Assembly: GCA_946965045.2 (NCBI GenBank)
Contig: OX337235.1
Coordinates: 2,666,001-2,730,000, forward strand
Origin: Epithemia pelagica
Taxonomy: Eukaryota > Protista > Bacillariophyta
DNA length: 64,000 nucleotides
Reading direction: 5' to 3'
The first letter of the stretch is position 1, and every line of letters begins with the position of its first letter. The notes below the pieces were generated by a model. That model saw only the letters and a list, made by a program, of their open reading frames with translations. It was not told the DNA's origin and did not search any database. This document shows, in pieces, positions 11,494 to 23,654 of the stretch. The position numbers were made by a program, and so were the translations under genes.

Positions 11494-12273
11494 ATGTCCA
11501 GTGACCCCAATACTCCTGTCCGTCGGATCTACAACGCTTTCCAGCAGAGTGGTGACCCAACACAGCAGATTGCCGTCCACCCTGGCGAATTCCTCATCGA
11601 GACGCCCTCTAACTCCCCGGAGAAGGCTAGCACGCCTAATCCGTTCCAGACTCCCGATCAAGTCGTCCCTCCGCCGTCCGACCCGAATCGCCCGCCGAAC
11701 ACCCTTGCACGCCGACCGAGTACACCTCCTCGCCCGAACCCAACTCGCACCCGACGTACGAGCCGTCTCATCAACGCGCACCTCCGTTACTTCCGCGAGC
11801 CATCCGAGTATCAGAGCGACCCGGACCACATCCGTTCGACGCTCGAACACGAGGTCTCGTTCGAGTCCGTCCAACCCGTCGTCGACCTAGAGGATATCCA
11901 ACGACTCCTAGACTTGCTATACCAATCTCCAAGCTACCGGTACATAGCGACGACCCTATCGACCACCCCATCAGGCTGCCTTCGGGTACGCTTCCTTACT
12001 TTCCAGCGTCCGGTCAATTACTTCCATACCATTTGGGTCGTGAACAAGACTAACCAACCTCTTCCTACCTTGACTACCCGTCTCGACGACTACGTTGGTT
12101 TCATCCACGTTATCAAGTTGCACCAGGACTTCCGTGCCACTATCTTCCCTCTACTCACCCAACCAGTGAACCACCTAGTTGAGGACCAAAACGGCAACGA
12201 AGAAGCTACCTCTGTTACTGAGTCTCCGATTCAACTTGATTACCACAACGAGCCCAGAAGTGACCACGTTTAA
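11494..12273 (+). CDS. Extra sense ORF (259 aa) in the Copia leader, function unknown
   Basis: ATG-initiated, uninterrupted ORF between PBS and gag; Pro/Arg-rich N-half and globular-looking C-half. Confidence 0.5.
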   Translation: MSSDPNTPVRRIYNAFQQSGDPTQQIAVHPGEFLIETPSNSPEKASTPNPFQTPDQVVPPPSDPNRPPNTLARRPSTPPRPNPTRTRRTSRLINAHLRYFREPSEYQSDPDHIRSTLEHEVSFESVQPVVDLEDIQRLLDLLYQSPSYRYIATTLSTTPSGCLRVRFLTFQRPVNYFHTIWVVNKTNQPLPTLTTRLDDYVGFIHVIKLHQDFRATIFPLLTQPVNHLVEDQNGNEEATSVTESPIQLDYHNEPRSDHV

Positions 12274-12315
12274 GTAAATTTAACGCCATTCGTAAAGAAC
12301 GGGTGTTAAGCTTAT

Positions 12316-12371
12316 GCGAGTAGCATATAGTTGTCTCCCATAAAGTTTATGGGAGACAACGTGCTACTCGC
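12316..12371. repeat. Left subterminal palindrome of piggyBac
   Basis: gcgagtagca..gttgtctcccataaa-g-tttatgggagacaac..tgctactcgc forms an imperfect hairpin. Confidence 0.85.
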
Positions 12372-12500
12372 TTAGTTGTCTCCCTCCTTAAAACACTAAC
12401 AGAACCGTGTTAAGCAATGACCACAGTATCTTTTTTTCCCCTCATTCATCTCTCATTCATTGAAGGCTACGATCAATCTACAACCTCCTATCAGAAGATC

Positions 12501-13131
12501 ATGGACGGTGAGTTCTTTTCTTTCAAGAATTCAGTCAGTGAAGTCCTTTTTCTTCATTCTCACCTCACCTTGTTTCGCAGATCTCATTGATTCCGTCGAA
12601 ATCGCAGAGTCGACCCTCGACGACAACAGTGTACCACGCAGTGGCGTGATGGTTCCCTTTACCCTCAAGAAATCGCAAGTGTTGGTAACTGGGGAACAGG
12701 GAATAGTCATCGACGAGACTTCTGAAGCTACCGAAACAAGGTACATTCCCATTGAATATGCTTGCCCCGAAAGCATCGAGAAGATTCTCTACGAGCTAAA
12801 CAACAACATGCCGCGCACAAAATCGCATGGATACATGTACTGGGAAAACGTGTGCTCTATCTGCCAGCAAAACCCTTGCGTTGTTGTCGAACACCTTAGC
12901 TACATTCATGAAATCGCCATGCATCTCAGAAACAAAGGTGAGTCGAACCGTGCAATTCGATACCAGCTATATCGGCGCTTGTCGAATAAGCTTCACGGTC
13001 CCCTTGGACGTGGCAACCGAGTTCCACTGCCGGATTGTTTGGTAGATTTCGTCCGTGAAAACTTTCCAAATGAAAACACGGATGAACAGTATGTGGGTTT
13101 CCGACCTGCTCCCACTGATGGCGATGCCTAA
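12501..13131 (+). CDS. P2X7-ballast-like small protein (185 aa), 2 exons (12501-12507, 12581-13131)
   Basis: GTGAGT...GCAG 73-bp intron in frame; CSIC...C motif followed by IRYQLYRRLSNKLHGPLGRGNRVPLPDCLVDFVRENFP...QYVGFR. Confidence 0.7.
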
Positions 13132-13197
13132 ATAGCCTACTAAACATGTACTGTGAACTACGAAATGCTCTCTTCTTTACTTAGATTAGTATTGTCT

Positions 13198-16100
13198 TTA
13201 CAGTTCATGGATATCGGTGGTTTCGTCTTCATTGCTTTCAGTGTCGTCGTTGTTGTCGTTCTCGTTTCCGTTGTTGTCATTGGCTTCCTCATTGTCCTCT
13301 TGCATGTTTTCACTGCCAGTACTGCGTCGTCTTTTCCTTGTGTATTCTGGGGACAAACCATGCTTTTCTCGCAAGGCCATTACAAAAGGGTGGTTTTTTT
13401 TTTGTTGTGTACTTGTATCTGCCATCCTCGCCACTTGTCGAACGACACATAAACATTTCCCTGCCATGTGTCGAATGGAGGATTTCAAAGCAAGTATGGT
13501 TCGCGAATTCTGGTAGCTTATGAATTTTCCATCCATCCTCCCGGTCGTCCTTACATGTCACCAGGTGTGCCACAATTCCGCACTTGGCACATTGGCCTAC
13601 ATTTGAAAACAGACCTTTCATTCCAATCTCCTTACGTTTCCACCGATGCTCCAACAAACAAACGGCACATCCCATCCGTTTCGAAGTATGAATGGGAACG
13701 GGGTAGTGACCATCCTCGCATGCGGTGTTTCTCTGTACTCCAGTCCGTCAAGCCAATGCATCAACTTCGTCTGCATGCACATAACTGCACATCTCCTGAG
13801 CGACGACTGTGTAGAACTCGTGCCTTGATAGCTTCGTGCGTCTGGACCGTACCCTGTCACCAGCGGACATGTTCCATGCAATGAACGAATTCAGTAGCAT
13901 GATGTCCATGATCCCCAGACCGGCTTTCTTGTACCATTTCTTGAAGTGGACATGGGTGGCAAAACCGCCCATATGGCACCTCATTTGGTCACCATTGTCG
14001 ATTCCACCCATGTTAGTCTGGTATCGAATCAGCATTTGTGGGCAGTTGAAGCTTTCCTTGTTTGGGCCCACTTGACGTCGCACTTGTCCGGTACCAATGT
14101 TCTCGTATGTTGACACAAAGCTGACAACTTTGGAGTCAACCCATTGTCCAATGATAACACCATTCACTTTGTCATGTGCAAGCTTCATTGTGCCTCGGTT
14201 GGTTTTTGTTTTTTTCAGATTCATCAGTGATTTGCTCCAACCGACCCTGTTGACTCGTACTGTTCCGGTGGCAAGAACTTTGAGGCGATCTCGTAGAATC
14301 ACAAGAAGTTGTGGTGCCGCATATCTATTATCCATAGACAAATGCCTGAAGCCATTGGTCTCCTTGTTTAGCTCCAACGCGTAGCAAGCGTTAACAACAG
14401 CCTTCATCGTAGTAGGAAGGCGCCGTGCTTCATGCCTGATGTAGGAGTTCGTGGCATTTTTGCCTTGATACACATCCATGTGTAAAATGGCGTAACTTGT
14501 AGACGACGCCAAAATAAAGAAATCAACTCGGAATTTGGCAGGTTTGTCCTTGTTGTACTGACGCACTGGACAGTATCTAGACCGACAACCAATTCCACCT
14601 TCATCAAACGAAAGATCTTGAGGAATGATAAAAGACCTCTTCGAAGCTGCATTGACTGCCTGTATAAGTTTACGCAATTGGTAACATTTGTCCCCCCCAC
14701 GTGCGGCGCCTTTTGATTCGGGATGGAAGGCTCCCCTTATTTGGCGAAACCGAGCCAAACGCATGTACTTAGACGCCCAGCCGGTACTGTCGAGAATTTC
14801 TACCGATGGGATGGCAGTGCCAAGACTGTACATTCGATTGGAGGTGTTGAAATAGGATGCATAACCACCACTGTCGAGTGGTCTCAACGACATCATCAAG
14901 ATGATACCAAGAAACCTTGTCATTTCTTGGATAGTGACATCCTTCCACTTCTGTGAGTGAAAATAACCACGCCGACCCATGAGCTCAGGACGGATTTTTT
15001 GATGGAAGTAACGATTGGTTGCTGCTGCCATGTCCGAAATCAGAGACTTCGAAAGTCCACCAACATTGCGCAAACAATCAAAGGGAGTGTTGAACGAATT
15101 TGCAACACCGGCCTTCAACCCGTCACTTCCTCGAAACATCGATCGATGGTGTCGTTCTTGTCCCACCCAGTCGAAAACACTGTCTGACTGACCAACGGTC
15201 CGGTAGTGCCATTGTAGATTGTCTATGAGCACTTTCAGATTTGTTGAATTGTTGGGATCATCGTCGTCGTCTGTTGATTCCGAGTCGTCGCTTTGGACAA
15301 CATTTTCTTCGTCTTCATTATTGTCATCATTGTCGTCATAGTCATCTAAGGGATCGACATTCCTATCAACTGTGGCATTGAAATCCAGTTCATACCCACC
15401 ATTGTCGTCCTCGTCAGACGAAGAATCTTCCCCATTCTCTGATGCATCGTCTTCTGTGCTTTCTTCCTGTCGACGCTGTCGCCGTGCAGCTGCCGTAGCT
15501 CTTGTAGAGACAGAAGTACTTGTACTGCCGAAAAGACGGGTTGGAACTTGGGTGGTTGGAGTATCGTTGTTTTCATTGTTCCCATTTTCTGATGGAGAAG
15601 GGCCGCCGTTAGGAGCAGTCATTAGAGCTGCCCGCCCTTGGGCTCTTTCTTGAGTGGATGGCGGGTTGGATGTTGAGCTGCGACGAGAATGACGGCGAGG
15701 AGAGCGTCTAAGAGAAGATTCCGGAACATTCCTGATTGCGGCTCGGTGTCGTGCGCGCTCTGCTGTGGAAGGAGGTGGAGGCTGTTGTGTTGATCCGCGA
15801 CGCTGAACAACAGGAGGTTGTGCATTGTTGTTGTTCGTAGAATTGTTCTGTTGAGTCGCCACCACAGAAGTTGGGTTTGGTTGGTGCGTTTGCAACTGGC
15901 TTGTTTGTTGCGATTGTTGTGTTTGAGATGGTTGGTTTCCCCGGCCATGTTGACTTGGGTTGTATTCTTGAATACATTGACGAAGTTTGTCTTTTACTGT
16001 CGAGTTGGAGGTGAATTGAGATTTGATCCAATTCTGTGGAACCTCGAGAGATGAGAGTGTTGAATTGTCCCATACAATGGAATATACATTTCCATTCTTC

Positions 16101-16651
16101 TTCGTAGGACACTCTGCAATTTTCCCAACGAGATTTATAGGACGGTTTGTAGGGTTGGGACGAAAGCGACGACAAAATTCCTCGTGGAAGTTTGGATGAA
16201 TCCAAAAATCGTCAGGTGAGACGAGATACCGTTTCGAGTAGCTAAATCGGGAACGTGGCTTAGTGGATTGACCTCGTTCGGGCAAATGGGCCGGAAGACT
16301 TTCCCCTTCGGGTAATAGTTCTTGTGTCTCGGTATTTGTTTCTTGTCCTTGTGCAATATTTCCGACAGGGTGTGGAGGTGGAGGTGGAACAGGTCGCTCA
16401 GCATCGACGGGTGGCTCGCCATCCACATTCGCTATTGGTTGTGGTGATGCAGAAATAGCGACAGCATCATCTTGATCATTGTCAACATGAGGTTGGTGAT
16501 GATCTCTACCAATAGGTTGGGAAGAATCTGGATAGGTATGGGCTCGAGGTGCGACGGGTTGATCAGTATCTTCATCGAGGAGTGACTGTGACGAATTCTG
16601 CTGTGAGGACTCGTGATCGTCGTTCTCCGTAGGTACAACTGCAGACGACAT
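13198..16651 (-). pseudogene. piggyBac transposase (about 1150 aa) with one in-frame TGA and one homopolymer frameshift
   Basis: Catalytic SFDEGG, SMDNRY and GGIDNGDQ; the frame continues past TGA (13748-13750) into a Cys-rich domain (CAVC..CAKC..H..C..C..H); a 10-T run near 13394-13403 shifts into the acidic tail ORF ending at 13198. Confidence 0.85.
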
Positions 16652-16948
16652 TGCCTTTCGTGGACGTCTTCTTCACTATATGGACCGTCGGAATGGAGAA
16701 TCCTGCAACGATCGGCCCAAATGGTAGATATGTATAAGAGTACAAAGTTGGGCCATGGGCGAAGGATGATCGAAATGAACAAAATTGAGGAAAATCGTCA
16801 ATTTTTCAAAGCGAAATATCACGCTAATGACTGTGTATTTACTGTAGACTATCATATATGAAGTTATTCAGAATTTCAAGATCTTTCCAACGAAGAAGTC
16901 AGATTTGACAGAATTTGGTTTTTGATGAAGTTAATGAAAGTCGAAGTT

Positions 16949-17006
16949 AAGCGAGTAGCGTATAGCTGTCTCGCTTATATGGGAGACAGCTATACGCTAC
17001 TCGCTT
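16949..17006. repeat. Right subterminal palindrome of piggyBac (perfect 24-bp stem, 10-nt loop)
   Basis: aagcgagtagcgtatagctgtctc-gcttatatgg-gagacagctatacgctactcgctt. Confidence 0.9.
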
Positions 17007-17223
17007 ACGAATGGCGTTAAGTAGTTTTCACACCAAACCAGAGACAAGACCGAGTTCCTCACATCCGGGTTACCTTTCGGACATCACATCACACGTGGAC
17101 ATACGTGGTACATCCGGGTTCAAAAGGCACACCACACATCCGGGTTACAAAACATAACTAAAGTTTTCGACCAAGACATCACAGGACACATATCAACATA
17201 TCTTATCACCAAGTCAAGCAATC

Positions 17224-20200
17224 ATGGAACCAACTACACCGACCACACCAGAGTTCAACCCCAATCAAAGTATATCTGATCAAGAAGTCTTTGATCATAT
17301 TACTCAGGTGTTGTTCAACTTTTCCAAGGAAAGGGTCGATGTACTCGTGAAATGGATGCACCATCATGCTTTTGATGATATCCTTAGTATCATTGAACAT
17401 ATGGCGATTGACCCTGAGAGGAACATGGATAGTATGACAAAATACAAGTCAGGAAAACAAATGCACGACCTACATGTCAATACAAGCCAGCAGATCAAGT
17501 TGCTTGCCCATTGGTTCCGACAAACGAGTATCGACATTCAGGGTATACCTTCCAAGGCAACCTGGATGAATCTGACCAAGGCAGAATTTGATCTATGGAG
17601 AATAAACACTGACTTTCACTCTGGAAGCCCTATCACTGACCCAGTATCACCTATGAAATCTCCATCCCATTCGACGTCACCCAAATCGTTTAGTACTACT
17701 TCTGCTGCATCACAGTCCCAACTGGACCTAACCGCATTCAAGAAGGGAACCAAGCGTGACGCTATGGCATATGAAACATTCAAGGATGAACGATACTACG
17801 ACACGTTCTGGAGGACTTTCAAGACCACAGCAAAAGCCCAAGGTTTATCTAATGTTCTTGACTTCCGATACAAGCCGCCAACGAATGATACGTATGCAAC
17901 AGAACTTTTCCAAGAGCAACAAATCTTCCTATACTCCGTCCTTGTGCGCATCATCCAGACTGATCAAGGAAGAGCTTATGTTCGCGAACATGAACATGAT
18001 GAAGACGCACGAGCAGTGTTACAGAAGCTTCACACATTGCATACGAAGTCAGACTTAGCAAAACGAGAGGCCTTACGATTAACCAATTACATCTCCAACC
18101 TTCGCCTCGATGATACATGGCGTGGATCATCACGTCAATTCTTGCTTCATTTCCAAGACAAACTACGTTTACTCGATAACCTTGTTGATCTCTCTGATCG
18201 CATACCTGATCACACCAGGATGACGTTTCTTATGCAAGCTGTCGAGAAGGTACCTGACCTTCGCAGAGTTAAAATCTTGGACAACGTCGTCAACACGAAG
18301 TCTGGAGCAAAGTCTTTATGTTATCAGTCGTACTTCTCCATTTTGATGGACGCAGCATAGGACCATGATCAAGTCACGCAATCTTCTGCAACTGGTCGTC
18401 GTCGTAGTGTCAAGCAACACGAGCAACACGAAACACAACATGATATTGAGGGATCCCTTCAGGAAGACGATGCATATCAGATAAACAATACCAATGTCCA
18501 AGATGATAACACAGCATCTCCAAAAGCCAGTCTTCCTCGTGACCTATGGTTTAAACTTCCTGAGGATGCTCGCAAGATGATTGTTGAGTATAACAAGAAC
18601 GTGCAAGCTTCTACTCCGAGTCCAAGAAAGGTACAGCAACACTCCCTTGACATTGATCCTGAACCTGATCCTGACCCTGGTCAAGATGTTTTCGATGACC
18701 TGGACAACCCCACATATCCGCAGGATGATTCCGATCCAGCCACCCATCTCAACCATCAAGCAATGACGTCAACCGACCTCAATCACCCAGCTTCTGATTT
18801 GTCTAATGTTCTATCCAATGCCGCATCCAAGGCGAGTAAGAAAGTTAGTTTCAAACAGAATGAGCACAAGCAGAAGGTCCACATGACTCAATATATGTTC
18901 TCTCGAAAGTCGACTTATACTGGGAATCAACTCATTGATCGTGGTGCCAATGGTGGTTTAGCCGGAGCTGATATGCGTATCCTTTCCAAGACAGGTCGTA
19001 ACATCACGATTGTGGGAATCGACAACCATGAACTTACTGGTCTCCCCATTGTCACTTGTGCTGCCAAGTTTGAAACTAATGATGGACCAATCGTTGGCAT
19101 CTTCAACGAATATGCATACTATGGAAAAGGACAGTCTATACATGCGCCTTGTCAATTGGAACATTATGGGCTATCTGTGGATGAACGTTCTGTCAAGGTG
19201 GATGGAAAGCAACGTATCACTACCCTTGATGGACGTGCTTTACCTCTATGTATCAAGGATGGACTTGCCTTTATCCACTCATTAGGTATCCCTTCTGATG
19301 ATGACATGGACCGATTGCGGCAAATCATCTTTACTTCGCCATCTACTTGGGACCCCTCTGTTCTTGACCATACTCATTCAGATCCACAGCATGATGCTTC
19401 TACTACATGGCATCAGGTTGCGACCGATGGCAGTATGGCACCTTATCCATATGACACGTATGGGGAGTACACTGATCGTGTTGTCTGCAATCTCAATCTT
19501 CTCCTTGACCTTCCTTATGACCACGGACCCGACAACACCACGTATTTCTCTATCTATGCTGATGCTAATGGTGAAGACCCAACCCTTCAACATGCATCTG
19601 TCCATCATCGTTATGTGGAAGAACATGATTGGAAACAATTTTGTCCCTTCTTTGGTTGGCAATCCAAGGAAGTTATTGCCGATACTTTCAAGCATACTAC
19701 ACGACATGCTAATGTGATTTTTGACTGTGACACTCTCAAGAAACATTTCAAGGCACGCAACCCTATCCTGAATCTACCACGTTGTCATGAACCCGTTGCT
19801 ACCGATTCAATCTTTTCTGATACACCTGCTGTTGATCATGGTGGAAAGGTGGCTCAAATTTTTGTTGGCCGCGATACTCTTGTCACTGATATTTACGGTA
19901 TCAAGTCTACCAAGCAATTTGTGAACACTCTTCAAGACAATATACGCATGCGAGGTGTTATGGAGACACTCATTAGTGATGGGGGTTCATCTCTCATTTC
20001 CCATAAGGTTAAGGATATCCTTCGCACCTTGCTCATCGGGGAGTATCGCTCTGAACCATACCACCAGCATCAGAACAAAGCCGAGAATCGTTATCAGACC
20101 GTTAAACGAATGACGAACGCTATCATGAATGCAACTGGATGCCCGGCCAATGTTTGGTTACTTTGCCTTGAATATGTCTGTGACTTATTGAATCATTCTT

Positions 20201-22890
20201 CTTCACATGCACACTCTGGACGTACTCCTATTGAGGCTCTCACCGGTCACCCTCCCGACATTTCGCACCTCCTGTTCTTTCCCTTCTGGGATGAAGTCTA
20301 CTATCGTGTTGACCCCTCCGAACCGTCGTCTGGTCCCTACCCTTCTTCGACCGATGAGAAACTTGGCCATTGGGTTGGTTTTGCTCACAACGTTGGTGAT
20401 GCTTTTACATGGAAGATTTTGTCTGCTGACAACCATATCCTCTACCGTCCCGCTGTTCGCCGTGTCGCTTCCACTACACCCAACCTTCGTGTGGATCGAC
20501 CTTCAGGGGAGACGTCTCCGAAAGATGACACTGATAAGCAGGCTGACACTGTCTTCATTCGCAGTAAAAGTGAAGATCCATCCAAACCAATGCCTACAAT
20601 CGATTACGAAGACATGATAGGACGCACTTTCCTATGCGACACTGAAGAAAATGGGGAGCGTCATCGAGCACGCGTTGTCAAACGAGTTGTAGATCTTAAT
20701 GAAGAATCACTCAAGCAAGAAGAACGCATCAAGTACATCTACCGCAAGACAAATTCTGACGTTGATGAAATGATCTCTTATAACCAGTTGATGGAGTATA
20801 TTGAGAGGGACAATCAAGCGCAGACCTCGGGAGATAATTTGTTCCGTTTCAGGGATGTTATTGCACATCAAGGCCCACTGTCTTCAACCGACCCGGATTA
20901 TAAGGGGAGTAAGTATAACTTGCTTGTGGATTGGAAAACTGGGGAGACAACCTATGAACCACTCTCCCTTATTGCCAACGACGACCCAATCACCGTTGCC
21001 ATATATGGAAAGAAGCATGGGCTCCTCAACGAACCAGGATGGAAACACCTGAAACGCTACGTCAAGACGAGTAAACGCCTGATACGTGCTGCAAAACAAT
21101 CAAGGATCAAACAAGTACGTCGATCAGTCAAGTATAAGTTTGGATTCCAAGTCCCTCGAGATTACGCCGAGGCTGTCAATCTTGACAAACAAAATGGTAC
21201 CACAAGGTGGCAAGATGCAACTGAATTGGAACTGTCTCAGATACAATCATATGAGACATTCAAGGACCATGGGAAGGCCATCTTCACAAATGGCAAGGTA
21301 TCAAATGCACCTGAGGGATATCAAAAGATTCGAGTGCATCTCGTTTTTGATGTGAAACATGATGGTAGGCACAAGGCACAACTTGTTGCAGATGGACACT
21401 TGACGAAGGAACCTGTGGAAACGATCTACTCTGGAGTTGTTTCTATTCGCAACCTACGAATTGCTTTATTCCTTGGATCTCTGAATGATCTAGAAGTATG
21501 GGGAGCAGACATTGGGAATGCGTATCTTGAAGCATTGACTGGGGAGAAGTTATATATTGTGGCAGGACCCGAGTTCAAGGAGCTGGAAGGTCACATCCTC
21601 ATCATCTACAAGGCCCTCTATGGTCTCAAATCTTCAGGCGCACGATGGCATGATGTCCTTTTTGACGTCCTCACCGATATGGGTTTCTCACCAAGCAAGG
21701 CAGATCCTGACATTTGGATGAGAAAAGCACCTGGGGAGGATTGCTACGAATACATCGCCGTATATGTGGATGACTTAGCCATCATAGCTACTGACCCTGG
21801 AAACATTTGCAAAGTCTTCAAGGAAAAGTACAACTTCAAGCTTAAGGGAGATGGACCTATTGACTATCACCTGGGATGCCGGTACACCAAGGACCCTGAC
21901 GGAACCCTAGTCTCTGATCCACGCCGATACATTAGCAAAATGATGGACACCTTCGAACGTATCTTCAAAGAGAAACCCAAGAAGGCTAAAACCCCTCTCA
22001 TTGCTGGTGATCATCCGGAATTGGACGACACCAAACTCCTTGATGAAGAAGGTACACAGCACTTCCAGACCTTGATTGGACAGATTCAGTGGGTGATTAC
22101 AATTGGTCGCTTTGATGTTTTTACTGCTACGATGACCCTTTCCAGGTTCCGCGCAGCTCCAAGACAGGGACATCTCAACAGAGCTAAACGCATCTATGGA
22201 TACCTTTTCAATCTTTCTGATGGTGCAATCAGATTCCGAATCGGAGAGCCCGATTTCTCAAGCATTCCAAGTCAAGACTTTGATTGGAGTCGTACGGTCT
22301 ATTCAGATGCCAAGGAATACATCCCTCATGATTGCCCAGAACCACTTGGACGATATGTGACGACAACGCACTATGTTGATGCTAACCTTATGCACGACAT
22401 GATCACAGGAAAGTCTGTAACAGCCATCCTGCATCTCTTGAATGGGACACCAATTGATTGGTACAGCAAACGACAGAGCACTGTGGAAACGGCAACATAT
22501 GGATCAGAATTTGTGGCAGCAAGGACAGCAGTCGACCAAATCACTGAGTTACGGCATTCACTTCGTTACCTTGGAGTACCAATCAGGGATCGCAGTTATC
22601 TGTTTGGAGACAATCGATCTGTGGTTGTTAACGCAACAATGCCTCATTCTATCTTGTCCAAGAGACATCATCTCCTTTCATATCACCGGGTACGAGAAGC
22701 GATAGCAGCGCAATACGTTGCATTCTATTGGAAGGATGGGAAGACCAACCCTGCCGACATCCTCAGCAAGCATTGGGAGTTTGCAACTATTTGGCCTCTA
22801 CTCAAGCCCCTATTGTTTTGGAGAGGAGAAGTTCAGGATCTCTACGAATCCAGCGATGACAAGGCTGAACCAACGAGCTGTGGGGAGTAG
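17224..22890 (+). pseudogene. Copia gag-pol polyprotein interrupted by one in-frame TAG (18358-18360)
   Basis: Protease LIDRGANGG; integrase VATDSIFSD / ISDGG / KAENRY; RT GADIGNAYL, LYGLKSSG, YVDDL; RNase H YVDAN, YGSEF, GDNRSVV, NPADILSK. Gag and pol ORFs are in the same frame and the region between them is open. Confidence 0.9.
22880..22887 (+). promoter_or_regulatory. Polypurine tract
   Basis: GTGGGGAG immediately before the 3-prime LTR. Confidence 0.7.
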
Positions 22891-23653
22891 TAGAACTCTC
22901 ACCGAAAATCATCGGTTAGGTTCGGCACCTCATCGGTTAGTCGAGTCCCGTGGTTTCAAACATCACCTACATCACCTACATCCACACTACATACCTAGCT
23001 TCGCGCTAGCTCAACATATATTTCGGTCGCATATACCAAAAAGTGAGAACAGATTGACGAACGTGCTATCAAGAATCAACTTTGGTCTTGATATCCCATC
23101 AACGGACGATCATCCGTTGAACATCCGAGCCTGACCTATGCCCTAAGCGTGCGCGCCCAAATTCGTCAAGACGCGCGCAAGAACTATCCGAGCGTTGCGA
23201 CCATGTATCCGACCCAACGGTCTAAGTACACAAGGCACGAATCACGATCACGCGAGACCATATCATCGTTCCCACTATTTCAAGATTGCAAACAAGGACG
23301 CGCCAACAAAACTACATATACCAACTTTAGCCAAGAATCGTTGAGGCTGTATATGATATACAAGCACATATACATGTTATATACCTCACATACATCAACT
23401 CCAACCATTCCAGTCCTATCACCGCCAAGAACCTATTTCACACGCTTGACAACAAGAATGGAAACCTCACACACCAAACCTAGTAGTAAGCTCACAATCA
23501 TTAACATTACCATATCATCACGTCTTCAGTGTCCTGACCATCCCTACGATAGAGCCCTTGGGTTTCCTTTGTTCTCTGACCCGTGGAGAACCTTGGTATC
23601 AGTTGGTAATCGATTGTGGCTCTTCTAGAGCGTGTACTGACGGAATTCTACTA
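22888..23653 (+). repeat. 3-prime LTR (766 bp)
   Basis: Same length and ends as 10689-11454; its first TAG is the pol stop codon. Confidence 0.95.
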
Positions 23654-23654
23654 A

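Larger units (their letters stand above)
12284..17016 (-). mobile_element. piggyBac-superfamily DNA transposon (4733 bp) with a passenger gene
   Basis: TTAA TSD at 12280-12283 and 17017-17020; 12-bp TIR CGCCATTCGTAA / TTACGAATGGCG; DDD transposase inside. Confidence 0.92.
10689..23653 (+). mobile_element. Ty1/Copia (CoDi-like) LTR retrotransposon, about 8.2 kb without the nested piggyBac
   Basis: Two 766-bp LTRs, PBS, PPT, and gag-PR-IN-RT-RH in Copia order. Confidence 0.95.
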
